DNA of 64,000 nt from an uncultured Candidatus Saccharibacteria bacterium (GCA_964356915.1 CAYHJF010000002.1:148522-212521); one strand, 5' to 3'; positions 50,102-61,306 are shown, numbered from the stretch's first letter. Numbers and translations: made by a program. The notes: generated from the sequence alone by a model not told the origin.

Positions 50102-50398
50102 ATGGATACACTCATAAAATCAGATGTCTTTTTCTTTATAACATCCATCGCCGTTATTGTGCTGGGTGCTCTTATTGGAGCCGCCACAGTATACCTGATT
50201 CGAATTCTGCGCGATGTAAAAGCAATTTCCGAACGAGTAAAAGAAGAAACTACCGCAACAGCTGATGATTTCCGTGAAGTACGCTCACATCTCAAAGCTC
50301 AAGGCTTGGGATTTGCCGCGTTATCAAAATTGAAGAAACTTTTCCGAATGGATAGAAAAGGTCGTTCATCACATACAAAAAATACTCGCAATGGCTAA
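50102..50398 (+). CDS. Small membrane protein
   Basis: ATG at 50102, N-terminal TM helix, charged tail. Confidence 0.35.
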   Translation: MDTLIKSDVFFFITSIAVIVLGALIGAATVYLIRILRDVKAISERVKEETTATADDFREVRSHLKAQGLGFAALSKLKKLFRMDRKGRSSHTKNTRNG

Positions 50399-50717
50399 AA
50401 AACACACAGGGGCAAAGATCGCAGCAGGAGTTGGAGTCGGACTTGCAGCCGCGGCAGCAGCCGGATCACTATTTCTCTATGGAAGGCAAGGAGCAAAAAA
50501 TAGAAAAGTAGTTACATCATGGGCACTCAAAGCAAAGGCTGAAGTACTTGAACAGGTTGAGAAAATGAAAAAACTTGACCGCAAAGATTTTGAGCAAGTC
50601 GTGGATACCATCACAAAACGCTACGCGAAAGCAAAGCGTACAAGCGTCAAAGAGGCCGCAACTCTTGCGCATGAATTGAAAAGTCACTGGAAAGACATCC
50701 AGAAAAAAATTAAGTAA
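50391..50717 (+). CDS. Small membrane-anchored coiled-coil protein
   Basis: Gly/Ala-rich TM segment followed by a charged helical region; a terminator follows. Confidence 0.35.
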   Translation: MAKKHTGAKIAAGVGVGLAAAAAAGSLFLYGRQGAKNRKVVTSWALKAKAEVLEQVEKMKKLDRKDFEQVVDTITKRYAKAKRTSVKEAATLAHELKSHWKDIQKKIK

Positions 50718-50724
50718 CAAAAAA

Positions 50725-50750
50725 CCCCCGACTGTCGGGGGTTTTTGTTT
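50725..50750 (+). terminator. Rho-independent terminator
   Basis: CCCCCGAC-t-GTCGGGGG followed by TTTTTGTTT. Confidence 0.65.
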
Positions 50751-50778
50751 ATACCTAAAATCAAGTACACTGTAGACA

Positions 50779-51816
50779 ATGAATGAGCGGAACGTACAAA
50801 TTGGCTTTTTTCTTACGTTACTTAGCGCTGCGTTTCTCGCAACGATTATTATGCTCGCTCCCTACCTCTCACCCCTATTGATCGCGGGGACCCTCGCGCT
50901 CATCTTTCGTCCGATCCATCGGCGTATCACAAAAATATTAGGAGGCTGGGAAGGGCTTGCGACACTCCTCACCTTACTTCTTGTCATACTGCTCGTTCTT
51001 ACTCCACTGACCATACTCGCGCTCAAAATTTTTGAAGAAGCTCGCAACCTCTACATTTCAACGCTTACCACAAATGGCGAAAGCACATTCTCTATCATCA
51101 ATACAACTATACATAATTTTGAATTATCGCTCCGCCAATTCGCTCCAAATCTTACCCTCAACATACGCAGCGCGTTTGCTCAGCTGGCAGGAATTCTCGT
51201 ACAAAACATCGGATCACTCTTTTCAAGCCTCATTAAAACACTTGTAAATCTCTTCTTGATGCTTGTTACTCTTTTCTACCTCCTTAAAGATGGTACTCGC
51301 TTTCGAAAGATTATTATCATGGCGAGCCCCCTTCCTGATGTACACGATGAAGAAATTCTTGCGCGCCTAGAGGCAACCGTAAGCTCCGTAGTAAAAGGGT
51401 CAATTTTTACGGCAATTATCCAAGGAATCTTAGCAGGAGTAGGGTTCATGCTCTTTGGAGTACCAAGCCCATTTCTCTTCGGCACCGCCGCAGCATTTGC
51501 CGCACTCATTCCTGGCATAGGCACGGCTCTCGTGCTCATACCTATCATACTCATACTTTTTTTTAGTGGACAAACCTCCTCGGCGATTGGACTTCTCTTG
51601 TGGAGCGCTCTCATCGTGGGCCTCATTGATAATTTCCTCGGACCCATCATTATGAATCGTCAAATTAAGATTCATCCAATGGCTGTGCTTCTCGCAGTAC
51701 TTGGAGGCATTACACTCTTTGGACCTATGGGAATTTTGGTCGGCCCTCTTATTGTGAGTTTACTTTTTACCCTTATTCATATTTACGCAACGCTCGTACA
51801 TCGTACGCTCGACTAA
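50779..51816 (+). CDS. AI-2E family transporter (PerM/UPF0118)
   Basis: Eight-TM topology and the conserved C-terminal 'GILAGVGFMLFGVPSPFLFG...IPGIG' region. Confidence 0.75.
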   Translation: MNERNVQIGFFLTLLSAAFLATIIMLAPYLSPLLIAGTLALIFRPIHRRITKILGGWEGLATLLTLLLVILLVLTPLTILALKIFEEARNLYISTLTTNGESTFSIINTTIHNFELSLRQFAPNLTLNIRSAFAQLAGILVQNIGSLFSSLIKTLVNLFLMLVTLFYLLKDGTRFRKIIIMASPLPDVHDEEILARLEATVSSVVKGSIFTAIIQGILAGVGFMLFGVPSPFLFGTAAAFAALIPGIGTALVLIPIILILFFSGQTSSAIGLLLWSALIVGLIDNFLGPIIMNRQIKIHPMAVLLAVLGGITLFGPMGILVGPLIVSLLFTLIHIYATLVHRTLD

Positions 51817-51822
51817 TTACCT

Positions 51823-52791
51823 ATGCTCGTTGATGATATTACAATCTATATAAAAGCCGGTAATGGTGGGCGCGGGGCTGTCGCGTTTCAAAAAAATAAA
51901 ATGGCCTTGGGGCCAACTGGCGCACGCGGGGGTAATGGTGCCAATGTATACCTTGAAGGCGTAGCCGATCTTGGCGCGCTTCGACAATTTCGCAACAAAA
52001 AAGACTTTCTTGCTCCAAATGGAGAACAAGGCAAGAGTCAATTTAACGACGGACATAAAGGCGACGATCTTACATTAAGAATCCCCGTCGGCACAGTCAT
52101 ACACAACCTAACAACCAAAACTCAATCCGAACTCATAAAAATTGGCGAACGACTCCTTGTGGCGCGGGGAGGATTTGGGGGTAAGGGTAACTTTCACTTT
52201 CGCTCTCCGACAAACCGCAGTCCGAAAGAATTCCAACCAGGACTACCCGGCGAAGCATTCGATGTCCGCCTTGAGCTTAAATTAATTGCAGACGTAGGAT
52301 TTGTAGGCCTCCCCAATATTGGCAAATCAAGCCTCATCAACGTACTGACAAATGCTCAAAGTAAAGTAGCAAACTATCAATTCACAACACTCGAACCAAG
52401 TTTGGGCGCGTATTATGATCTCATACTTGCTGACATCCCCGGTCTTATTGAGGGCGCATCAACGGGGAAAGGTCTCGGAATTAAATTTTTGCGTCACGTC
52501 GAGCGAACACGCACACTCTTTCATTTTATCGCCGCGGACTCAGACCATCCTGCCGCAGACTACAAAACAATACGCAAAGAACTTGGGACATACAATAAAG
52601 CTCTCTTAAAAAAAGAAGAGTACATCATTATCAGCCGCTCCGATATGCGCTCTCCCGCTGAAGTAAAAAAAATCGTAGCGCTATTCAAGCGCCTTAAAAA
52701 AACCGTCATCGCGCTCTCAATTTACGATGATGAGAGCCTTAAAGAGCTTAAGAAAACTCTCGCCTTGCTCAATAAGGCAAAACATATTTAA
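51823..52791 (+). CDS. obg: GTPase Obg
   Basis: Obg fold N-terminus 'IYIKAGNGGRGAVAF'; G1 'GLPNIGKSSL'; G3 'DIPGLIEGA'. Confidence 0.9.
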   Translation: MLVDDITIYIKAGNGGRGAVAFQKNKMALGPTGARGGNGANVYLEGVADLGALRQFRNKKDFLAPNGEQGKSQFNDGHKGDDLTLRIPVGTVIHNLTTKTQSELIKIGERLLVARGGFGGKGNFHFRSPTNRSPKEFQPGLPGEAFDVRLELKLIADVGFVGLPNIGKSSLINVLTNAQSKVANYQFTTLEPSLGAYYDLILADIPGLIEGASTGKGLGIKFLRHVERTRTLFHFIAADSDHPAADYKTIRKELGTYNKALLKKEEYIIISRSDMRSPAEVKKIVALFKRLKKTVIALSIYDDESLKELKKTLALLNKAKHI

Positions 52792-53366
52792 TCGGCAGTC
52801 TCCTCCGCACGAACGTATCGAAAAAAACCGATCAAGACAAAGACTGTTACAACTCCCAATATAACCGCGTATCTTCCAAAAACATCCGCGCTTTTTCCAA
52901 AAAAATACCCTATAGCGAGAAACCCGCACGCCCATAGATATGACGTGGTAAGGGTAATAATTCCAAAAACTCCTCGATGCATTTTTCCAAGCCCCGCAGG
53001 AATTGGGACAAACACCTTTATTGCAGGAAGTAACTTTCCTACAAACAAAAACCACGCGCCCCTTTTTTCAAACGCTCTACTAACCCTTCTAACTTCTCGC
53101 TCAGGAAACATAAAAAAACGCGTAATATACTTCTCGCCTTTTTTTCGTGCAAGCTCATAAAGAACTATATTGCCAATCGTATTAGCAACCGCTCCAACAA
53201 GCGCAATAATAAAAAAATCAAAAAAACCAGTAGACACAAAATACCCCGCAATAATATATAGAACTTGACTCGAAGGAAATGAAACAACGCCATTCGCAAT
53301 CATCATCAAAAATACGCCACCATAACCAAGTCCTACAAGAATATATTCAACTGAATACCCTATCAT
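52788..53366 (-). CDS. DedA-family membrane protein (second copy)
   Basis: DedA core plus 'KLLPAIKVFVPIPAGLGKM'. Confidence 0.7.
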   Translation of the reverse strand: MIGYSVEYILVGLGYGGVFLMMIANGVVSFPSSQVLYIIAGYFVSTGFFDFFIIALVGAVANTIGNIVLYELARKKGEKYITRFFMFPEREVRRVSRAFEKRGAWFLFVGKLLPAIKVFVPIPAGLGKMHRGVFGIITLTTSYLWACGFLAIGYFFGKSADVFGRYAVILGVVTVFVLIGFFRYVRAEETAD

Positions 53367-53428
53367 ATAAGTACCTACAGTATACGCTCTAGGAGCTAAC
53401 TTGTCGTCAATTTTTTAAAAATACCGCC

Positions 53429-53971
53429 TTATGGGGCGGTATAAAAAATCCACTGTCTCTTTCCTGCCTGCCACTCAAAAAACCAATCATCTTCGTGCGC
53501 ATCCACACCGGAAGTCACAAAGAAATCTTTCATTGCCGACTGATAGCTCTTACAGTCATCCGAAAAAATAAAATGAGCAAAAATTCTAAGAAAATATTCA
53601 AGACGCACGTAATGAACTGATCGTGGAAGTACTTTCGTTCGCCATGCGCGAGATTGCGTCCGCCGCACAGTTAACTCCGGAGTCTGCGTAACACGCGCGA
53701 GATGTTGCAAACTTATTCCAAGTCCCTTACGAAGAAAGGTAAACTCCTCTCCAGTAAATGGGGTAACCTTTTGAGAAACGGCTCGCGACATGACTCTCAA
53801 AAGCGGACCAAGACTAGGAATTGTTGGCGCCTCCTCAGAACACCGAGGACACCGAGATACCGTAATCCCTACAAACCGAGCTTTCGACAACCCCATAAGC
53901 AGAGATCGATACGCTGTTTGACACGTTGTTTTGCGCGATATAAGCCATACCTGACAACGATCACACTTCAT
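53429..53971 (-). CDS. Zinc-ribbon/HTH-like hypothetical protein
   Basis: N-terminal CxxC...CxxC pair; a bidirectional terminator follows its 3' end. Confidence 0.35.
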   Translation of the reverse strand: MKCDRCQVWLISRKTTCQTAYRSLLMGLSKARFVGITVSRCPRCSEEAPTIPSLGPLLRVMSRAVSQKVTPFTGEEFTFLRKGLGISLQHLARVTQTPELTVRRTQSRAWRTKVLPRSVHYVRLEYFLRIFAHFIFSDDCKSYQSAMKDFFVTSGVDAHEDDWFFEWQAGKRQWIFYTAP

Positions 53972-54024
53972 CGCTATTCTCCCTGTACGACTTCCGCCGC
54001 CCTGTATGATGCGAAACCCTTTCA

Positions 54025-54414
54025 TTAATATTCAGCGTATCCTTGGCTTGATTCCGCCATCCATACATGACACTCAACGCGAGCGACTCGAAATATTTGT
54101 GGAACGGCATCACGTACAAAGATCTCTCCCAACGCTCTCCCAATCGCATCGGCAAGCTTATGAAAAGGAGCATCCATTCTTCTACCCTCCACTTCAAGAA
54201 ACCAACGAACCTCCGCAATCACTTCGCGTTGACTGCGATTCGGCCCAAGCTCATAATCTTCTTTGTGAAAAAATATACTCACTTGAGAAGGCTCGGAAAG
54301 CCCAAGCTCCACAACATCAAGAATATCTCTGACCAATCGTGGCCGCACAACATCACGTAGATATGGGTTTATACCTTCAGCATGTGGTACACCATAGACA
54401 TGAAGAATTGGCAT
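54025..54414 (-). CDS. Hypothetical protein; possible tautomerase-superfamily member (N-terminal Met-Pro)
   Basis: Starts 'MPILHVYG'; weak. Confidence 0.25.
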   Translation of the reverse strand: MPILHVYGVPHAEGINPYLRDVVRPRLVRDILDVVELGLSEPSQVSIFFHKEDYELGPNRSQREVIAEVRWFLEVEGRRMDAPFHKLADAIGRALGEIFVRDAVPQIFRVARVECHVWMAESSQGYAEY

Positions 54415-54527
54415 GAGTGCCTCCTTAAAAAGCTATACCATGATATTTCTTTGCTGCATAGGCTATAGTTCAAAAAATAAAAAACCCCGCAAAAAAAGCA
54501 GGGCTCATAGATAAAGAACAAAAAAGA

Positions 54528-56132
54528 TCATTGTGGAGGGGAAAGTCCGAGTTCACGTTCAATTTGCGCACCCCATTCATCCGGCTTCGCAGGATTTACC
54601 CACGCGAGTCTACCGGTCGCCGCGTCAGTTGCTGCAATCTCCGGCAATGCACCCGCAATGAATCGTCGCTCTCCTTCTGAGGTATCGGAGACTGGCTTCT
54701 CAAGTGTAATCACGGTCGTAAGCCAGCATAGTCGATGCTTGCCTCCGATCATACGAACAAGTGGACGATGCTCGACAGGTCGATGTCGATTCCAGTCATA
54801 CATCTTCTTCGACCCAATCACCTGTGACGCGATCGCGCTCACACCAAGCAAACTCTCGCCACGACGATGATGCGAATATATGTAGACAACATTTGCCATA
54901 TCTCCCGGAACCCAAAGACTGGTATTCAACCCTTGCTTATCCGTATCAAACGGCTCAAGAGCAAAATACTGATAAAACATACCTCCCTGCCCTGGTATAT
55001 CAGCATGAATTGCGAATGGCTGAGGATTAACGTCATCCGCTAAATCTGCGATACGAACATCGCCCCGATGACTCCACGGCGCTGGTGCGAAGAATCCATC
55101 TTGGAAACGAAATGAATTCGCCATGTATCGTGTGACTGTATAAGGCGCAATATTTTGCCCCGCGAGAAACGGATAATTACGAATATGCTCTGGCGCAATC
55201 CATGTCCCCGCTCCAAAAATCGTAAGCCGCAAATCTGCGATCACTGATTCTTGTTCTTGGCGGATGATCTGTACACCCCCAAACTCCGGCTGCGGAAATA
55301 GCAATCCCGTCCACCGAATAAGCGTGACAACTTGAACCCACTCATTAGAATCATCTCGTAGATAAATCGTACCTGCGGGCTCATAATTCAAATACCGCAA
55401 TGGACCAAATGTCTTCACGGTAGCTGTTGCATTATTACGACCAAAGAGTAAATGCTCTCCTGTCATAAAGTTTACACGCATATGATGCTTTGAGTTTGAG
55501 AAATCCGGCGTCGGCTCCGTCCCCGGCACATCGAAAAGTTGATGCACGCCTTCACGGATTCTTGGCAACCAATACACTGGTTCCACGCCAAGAGTCCAAT
55601 GTCGCTCATCACCAATCCGCACAAATCGCGGAATCTGCGGCTGGAGATTCTCACTCATCGCCTGATGCGCATTTGAATGAACGGCATTGAGCGGCTGAAT
55701 ACGCTCGAACCCCGTAAGTGGTAGCTCTGTGAGCTCAATTTTCTGGAGCGTATAGTATCGCTTATACAATGCAAGATATTCATGCAAATCATCTCCCCAT
55801 TGGATCACTCCAAATGAAAGTGGGATCGCAAGCGCAGTAGCGATCAATCGACGACGATATGATCCTCGAAACAATGCGTGCCACAAACCATATGTGTACG
55901 GAATACCAAGAATCACAAGAAAGATACGCGTACGTACCATCAATATGTATGGATGTACAATTGCTCGCGCGAGAAATAAAATCGCAAGAACAACGAAGCA
56001 CAGCACCAGAAACCATACCCGATGTCTTTTGAGAAAGTCTTTCAGGCGCTCTTGTGCGTGAACGAACGTCCAGTAGATACGCCCTCTATTATCTTTTTTA
56101 CTAGAATCGCTTATCGCCGTCATTCGGCTCAC
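54528..56132 (-). CDS. Membrane-anchored hypothetical protein with a large extracytoplasmic domain
   Basis: Two N-terminal TM helices followed by a ~450-aa soluble domain; a terminator follows its 3' end. Confidence 0.4.
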   Translation of the reverse strand: MSRMTAISDSSKKDNRGRIYWTFVHAQERLKDFLKRHRVWFLVLCFVVLAILFLARAIVHPYILMVRTRIFLVILGIPYTYGLWHALFRGSYRRRLIATALAIPLSFGVIQWGDDLHEYLALYKRYYTLQKIELTELPLTGFERIQPLNAVHSNAHQAMSENLQPQIPRFVRIGDERHWTLGVEPVYWLPRIREGVHQLFDVPGTEPTPDFSNSKHHMRVNFMTGEHLLFGRNNATATVKTFGPLRYLNYEPAGTIYLRDDSNEWVQVVTLIRWTGLLFPQPEFGGVQIIRQEQESVIADLRLTIFGAGTWIAPEHIRNYPFLAGQNIAPYTVTRYMANSFRFQDGFFAPAPWSHRGDVRIADLADDVNPQPFAIHADIPGQGGMFYQYFALEPFDTDKQGLNTSLWVPGDMANVVYIYSHHRRGESLLGVSAIASQVIGSKKMYDWNRHRPVEHRPLVRMIGGKHRLCWLTTVITLEKPVSDTSEGERRFIAGALPEIAATDAATGRLAWVNPAKPDEWGAQIERELGLSPPQ

Positions 56133-56733
56133 CCTTTACCGCCGTAACAGTTGGCTCCTCAGAACCATGTCGTACAAAGCGTCCGACGAGTTCAGTAGGA
56201 GATGGTACAGGATCGGCAGGTGCGGAAACGACAACATCACTTGGAGGCACGGGCACGGATACCGCAGCCTTTTCGCTCACACGACGCGCGCGACGCCAAC
56301 GAGCCAAAAAGGCCCCTGCTCGTTCTCTGATATCGATTTCACCAGACTCAATACGGTCAACCGCATCGAGAAGCGGCTGCTTACGACTCCATAGCCGAGC
56401 AAACCACGGTCCTGCATAAAAACCAACGATCATGAAGATACCTTCAAACGGTATGCTAAAGATCAGTCTCAATATACTTGCGGCGCCAACCCAAAATCCG
56501 AGCGCGCTCTGCGCAAGCACGATCATCAGCGCAACCGTAAAGCGCGAACTAAATCGCTGACCATGCACAAACCCGAGATTAATATTATCTCCGAGTTTTT
56601 CTCCATGTGTAAAGTCATACCATACACGATAAGCCGTTCGACCATAGTGATAGTCAACCATATACACAACAATGCCTTCGACGATACAACCAACCACAAA
56701 AGCAAAAAGACCATAGTCGATAGAAGATGCCAT
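56101..56733 (-). CDS. Hypothetical membrane protein
   Basis: Four TM helices; overlaps the downstream gene by 32 nt. Confidence 0.35.
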   Translation of the reverse strand: MASSIDYGLFAFVVGCIVEGIVVYMVDYHYGRTAYRVWYDFTHGEKLGDNINLGFVHGQRFSSRFTVALMIVLAQSALGFWVGAASILRLIFSIPFEGIFMIVGFYAGPWFARLWSRKQPLLDAVDRIESGEIDIRERAGAFLARWRRARRVSEKAAVSVPVPPSDVVVSAPADPVPSPTELVGRFVRHGSEEPTVTAVKGEPNDGDKRF

Positions 56734-56893
56734 GGCACTCCCTCTATTTTCGAAGTACGCTCCACATAACACATGGAGCATCTGAACGCATTCTTACAAT
56801 AAATAATACCTTTTGTCAATGATTCCTTCGAAAAAAGAGAAAGAAAAAAGCCGAGCGTAATGCTCGGCCTTGAGTTATTCCTAATGAACTTTA

Positions 56894-58144
56894 TTACTGA
56901 CTCATTCGCGGCACATAGTGCTTACGAATAACGTCGACGGCCCATGCGCGCTTCGCGTCGGGCCATGTCTGATACTCAGCAAAGAACCTATTTCTATCGG
57001 AGAGATAAAATCGATACATATCGATTAGCTGAAGTCTGCACAAGAGCATCCATACAGCCTCTTGATCAGTCTCCGACAGATCATCGTGAGGACGGAGAAG
57101 GATCGCGGAGAGTTGTGGATCAAGTTTTTCGATTTTCGGACGTCCACCATTACGCAGATCGAGTGAAAATCGTTCAAGCATATGATAGACCTCGGGCAAC
57201 TCATCTGCATGACGAGCGGCGAATGCTCGTCGCTGCGCCATCTTGAGTTCTCCAAAGTTAATCTCGGGAGAAATTCGTCCGAGTAAGTCTGCCAAAATGC
57301 TATCGCATTTTTCGCGCAGCACCTCTGGATGCTTGCGATACCATCGAAGATTGATCTCAACAAGCCCTTCTTTCAACACATGTTCCGCGAGATTCGAATC
57401 ATCGAGTGCATATTCTTCGCACCCACCAAGTTTCCGAAGCTGGGAAGCATCTACCGCAATAAGAAGAGCTTTATCAACAGCACGCGATCGAAGAATGAAT
57501 ACTCCTCCAAACGCATTTGTGTAGTAAGACGACACTGGGACTTGAAACGGCGGAATATCAATACGCCGCATCCGAAGATCGCCCCACGTACGCCCGCTCT
57601 CTACGAGCTGTGCTCGTAGAGACGCATCAAACCATCCTGTCGGCTCTTCCTGAAAGCGTTCGATAAGCCCATGCTGCTCGTGCGCCGCGTCAAAAAGTCC
57701 TCCGGCTACTGATCGCAGCACGACATACCGCACGCGCAGTAAGTCATAAGGACTCTCATATCGTGTCAGCTCTTGATCAATATCAAGCCCCAGAAATGTC
57801 GTTGCTGTAATATCGGTAATCGCATTATGATGACGCTCGAAATATGCTCCCAAGAGTTGACGTTCGTAAGAAGAGAATGGCATCCAAATCGGTTTACTTC
57901 GCTGACTGGGTGTTAGGATGACGCCCATAGGGTTAGTGGGTCCTGCGCACAAGTAGGACATATTTCCCTTTTCGCGCGCAATCTGCCAACTCCATCCAAT
58001 ACCATCAACCTCAAACGATGTAAGTGTGGTTGGCTCAATACCAAGCTGCCTCAGAGCATCATTGTACCGACCAACCATCTTCGGTGTAGAGATTGATACG
58101 AGACCCTTACCAAAGAGTCCTGCTTGTACCAAGCGTTGCATCAA
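56894..58144 (-). CDS. Hypothetical protein (416 aa), within the AAA-ATPase operon
   Basis: Overlaps the stop of the AAA ATPase gene by 4 nt; no family recognised. Confidence 0.4.
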   Translation of the reverse strand: MMQRLVQAGLFGKGLVSISTPKMVGRYNDALRQLGIEPTTLTSFEVDGIGWSWQIAREKGNMSYLCAGPTNPMGVILTPSQRSKPIWMPFSSYERQLLGAYFERHHNAITDITATTFLGLDIDQELTRYESPYDLLRVRYVVLRSVAGGLFDAAHEQHGLIERFQEEPTGWFDASLRAQLVESGRTWGDLRMRRIDIPPFQVPVSSYYTNAFGGVFILRSRAVDKALLIAVDASQLRKLGGCEEYALDDSNLAEHVLKEGLVEINLRWYRKHPEVLREKCDSILADLLGRISPEINFGELKMAQRRAFAARHADELPEVYHMLERFSLDLRNGGRPKIEKLDPQLSAILLRPHDDLSETDQEAVWMLLCRLQLIDMYRFYLSDRNRFFAEYQTWPDAKRAWAVDVIRKHYVPRMSQ

Positions 58145-60099
58145 CGCGCCTTTTCGCCGACTAGCTGATGAGCCGCTACTGCGATACGCAAACGCTCTGC
58201 TTCTCGTTCGACTTCGCGACGATACCCCGCGTCCTGGATGCGAACCATACTATCGAGATATCGGAATGTCTCTTGTAAGCGGATTTCCGCAAACGAAAGT
58301 CCCCTCATGTTTACCTGCATAAGCTCTCGAATCATTGCAACTTTTCGGGCGTACTCCCGTCTATAGAAAGTTTCGGGAGAGTCGAGCCAATCAGCCGGAA
58401 AGTCGAAGTCCATAACTCGGGCATCTACTGCCTTCTGAATATTGCGAACATCACGAGAACTAAACTCGGGGTATCGCGCGAGAACACCAGCGTAAAACTC
58501 TGCGAAAAACATCTGTTCATTTGGCTGATGTTTCGTCAGCGCTGTCTCGTACACTTCCCGAATCGATGCTTCTTTCGGCTCCGTATAGGTAGCCGAAATT
58601 TGCGAAAGTGACGTGAGTTCTCCCTGCGCTGAAAGATACGCATACCCAGATGGGTCAAGCATACCAACAAATGCAGGATCAAGTGCATGATATCGTCGCC
58701 ACCAAAGATAATCTTGATCAAGAAAATCTGTTGCAGTAGTTGCACCATTAATCATAGTACGGCTTTGAATTCTTGAGAGCACCGCCTTATCGATCTGATC
58801 GGGAATATTTGTACACACATGAATGACTGCGTTGCCATACTGCACGGCAGATGCACCTTCAGTGCGCCGCAAAAATACTCCAATCACCTCTCGCACACCA
58901 GCGGATACTCCTTGCCGAGTACGTTCTTCAAGAGTATTTTCCGCATCATCGATAGCGCCATACACGATACTCATTGGATCACTAAACGCACGCATATATG
59001 CGTCCATGTGTTCCGCTGACCCACCTTGAAACGTTGAAACAATTGTTTCGGGTAAAGGATGAAATTTGAATCTCAATCCAAGCCACTGACACCGATCAGC
59101 GAGCGCAGTCGCAATTGCTGCAATCTGCATCGACTTACCGGTTCCAGGCTTTCCATGTCCGAGCGTAAGAAATACGAATCCCCCAAGCTCAAACATAGGG
59201 TTTTTCTTGACTGTCGGATCATAGCAAGCTAATCGGTCAATAAGACGCCGGCCTGCGTGCTTTGCATCGCGATTGCCAACAATCTCATTAAACTCGACCC
59301 TACGAAATTCGACACTCCCACCTGATACATGTTCAACATCAAATCCACTGACAGTAAACTCACTGCCTTCGAGTTTATAATGTCGGCATGTAAAGGCATC
59401 GCTATGCTTAAATGAATCAAGCCGAAGCTTAAGTTCCTCAAGCACAGCACGGAAATATACAAGCGTCATCTTAAGGAATTCTTTTTCAGTCATGACCGAT
59501 CCAGAATCCTCAAGATACGCGCCGTAGTAATACATAACGCACGAGAGTGCATCAACACGATTTTTGAATGGAAGCTCTGGGATCCCCTGAAAATTCACAG
59601 GGATAGCGCCAATATCATCCTCCATTGATTCAATCATCCAAACAACGTAATACGCTGCTACGAAAATTGAAATCGCTGCATACGTTGCTGTCTTTTCATG
59701 AAATTCGGTACTCTGCACCTCGGGCAGTTTGCCTCGCTGATTCTGCTCGCGCAAAAGCGCGAGTCCAGAAGCCCGATCGTAAAGCTCTGACAGATGTCCT
59801 CCCATCTGGAGACCCTTTCGCAATGCAAGTAATGCGCGATTGATCTGCTCAGGAAAAATCACTGGGTCATTAGCAATTCGTGCTGCTGACTTCATGATTG
59901 AAACTGGCTTTTCGATGGTAGGTGCCGCAGTTGATTCACGCCACGCTGGACGATCACTACCACTCGCACCTCCACCTTTCGCCAAACTCGCGACATCCTT
60001 GATAGGTCGCCATTTGACTGACTGCAGTAATACATTTGCTGAACTACGATATGGTGCGATATCTGTCTCCCTAATCGGTAGCAGTTCTTTAGACGCCAT
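58141..60099 (-). CDS. Classic-clade AAA ATPase (652 aa) with a ~300-aa N-terminal domain of unknown function
   Basis: Walker A 'GHGKPGTGKS'; Walker B-like 'IVYGAIDDAE'; second region of homology 'VCTNIPDQIDKAVLSR', comparable to ATNRPD.ID.ALLR. Confidence 0.7.
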   Translation of the reverse strand: MASKELLPIRETDIAPYRSSANVLLQSVKWRPIKDVASLAKGGGASGSDRPAWRESTAAPTIEKPVSIMKSAARIANDPVIFPEQINRALLALRKGLQMGGHLSELYDRASGLALLREQNQRGKLPEVQSTEFHEKTATYAAISIFVAAYYVVWMIESMEDDIGAIPVNFQGIPELPFKNRVDALSCVMYYYGAYLEDSGSVMTEKEFLKMTLVYFRAVLEELKLRLDSFKHSDAFTCRHYKLEGSEFTVSGFDVEHVSGGSVEFRRVEFNEIVGNRDAKHAGRRLIDRLACYDPTVKKNPMFELGGFVFLTLGHGKPGTGKSMQIAAIATALADRCQWLGLRFKFHPLPETIVSTFQGGSAEHMDAYMRAFSDPMSIVYGAIDDAENTLEERTRQGVSAGVREVIGVFLRRTEGASAVQYGNAVIHVCTNIPDQIDKAVLSRIQSRTMINGATTATDFLDQDYLWWRRYHALDPAFVGMLDPSGYAYLSAQGELTSLSQISATYTEPKEASIREVYETALTKHQPNEQMFFAEFYAGVLARYPEFSSRDVRNIQKAVDARVMDFDFPADWLDSPETFYRREYARKVAMIRELMQVNMRGLSFAEIRLQETFRYLDSMVRIQDAGYRREVEREAERLRIAVAAHQLVGEKAR

Positions 60100-61240
60100 G
60101 TATCTCTACCCTCCCTCGGTCGTCGTAGGTGATCTTTCGGCAAGTGCCGAATATCGGCATTGCCTTAATCACAGCTGCGTCTACTTCTTGAAGCACGCTG
60201 TGAGGCATCAGAACATTGTGCGCGACGACCGTCGCACCACGCCTGAAGCACTCCTCATCCCTATGATTAATAGCAAATACTTCTCGAACCTTGCCACGCG
60301 GCGCAAGAATGCTTCGCGTAACTTGCTGGTCACGAGAAAATATCATTTCATCACGGACAAATAATACGAAGTCGTTCGGGTCTTGAGCGCCTCTCATAAG
60401 CTCGCGGATTACCCTCGTCTCTTCATCTTCTTCTCCGACAGGATACTCATCAAAGAGTAATCGTGAATAAAGAGGTCCCACTGCAAGACGCTTGAGCATT
60501 TTTGGATGGATCGGCTCGAGAGCATCATCAATACCCGCAAGCACAATCGCAACCTTTTCGGGCGCTCGAGAACCTTCAGCCCTCACTTTTGCGATGAACT
60601 GCAGGTAATTAGGACCCTGATCTTCAAGCGGTTGTTCCGTAAGATCCTGATGAAACACCATGACATGAATATGCGGAATACTTGTGGTGAAATCGAAGTT
60701 CCCCCACGAAAAAAAGTATTCGCGCGCGTTTGCGGTATCACCCTTCGGATGACGTATGAGCGCCCCCGGAGTAAACGGCAAAAGCACGCTATCTTCTTTC
60801 AGCATTTCGAGATAACTTCTTTCAGCCAACTGCCACAATACTTCCGATCGCTCACGACCCTCTTTCAAAAGGCCGTCGAGTACTTCACGCACCAAAATGG
60901 CACGGGCTGGAAGTATTTTGAGACGTTCATCTCGTACACGAAGATCATCGGCAATTCCATAGAATTCCTGTGCATTTGGGAATCCGGAATTGATCATATC
61001 AACCCAGAGAGATCGCCCGATATTTGCTGAACGCGAAACATATTTTATCCGCAAAAGCTGAACCGTAAAGAGCAGCTTTTCAATAAACGTTCGGATCACA
61101 TCTACTTCATGACTTTTACGAGTGTCTGCTGGATATGCTGCAAGCGCTCGCCTGCACATCTCACCAAGCATATTGAAGTATCGCGCATACGCGTCCTCAC
61201 CACTCAACGTCCTGAAATCAAACCCTTCGCGCTCTACCAC
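60089..61240 (-). CDS. Hypothetical protein (383 aa), within the AAA-ATPase operon
   Basis: Overlaps the AAA gene start by 11 nt; no family recognised. Confidence 0.4.
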   Translation of the reverse strand: MVEREGFDFRTLSGEDAYARYFNMLGEMCRRALAAYPADTRKSHEVDVIRTFIEKLLFTVQLLRIKYVSRSANIGRSLWVDMINSGFPNAQEFYGIADDLRVRDERLKILPARAILVREVLDGLLKEGRERSEVLWQLAERSYLEMLKEDSVLLPFTPGALIRHPKGDTANAREYFFSWGNFDFTTSIPHIHVMVFHQDLTEQPLEDQGPNYLQFIAKVRAEGSRAPEKVAIVLAGIDDALEPIHPKMLKRLAVGPLYSRLLFDEYPVGEEDEETRVIRELMRGAQDPNDFVLFVRDEMIFSRDQQVTRSILAPRGKVREVFAINHRDEECFRRGATVVAHNVLMPHSVLQEVDAAVIKAMPIFGTCRKITYDDRGRVEIHGV

Positions 61241-61306
61241 ACAGCTCTCCTTTCGTGAACAAAAACGGGAGGTGACCCTGTTGGGCCCCTCCCGCGTGGG
61301 TTTGCA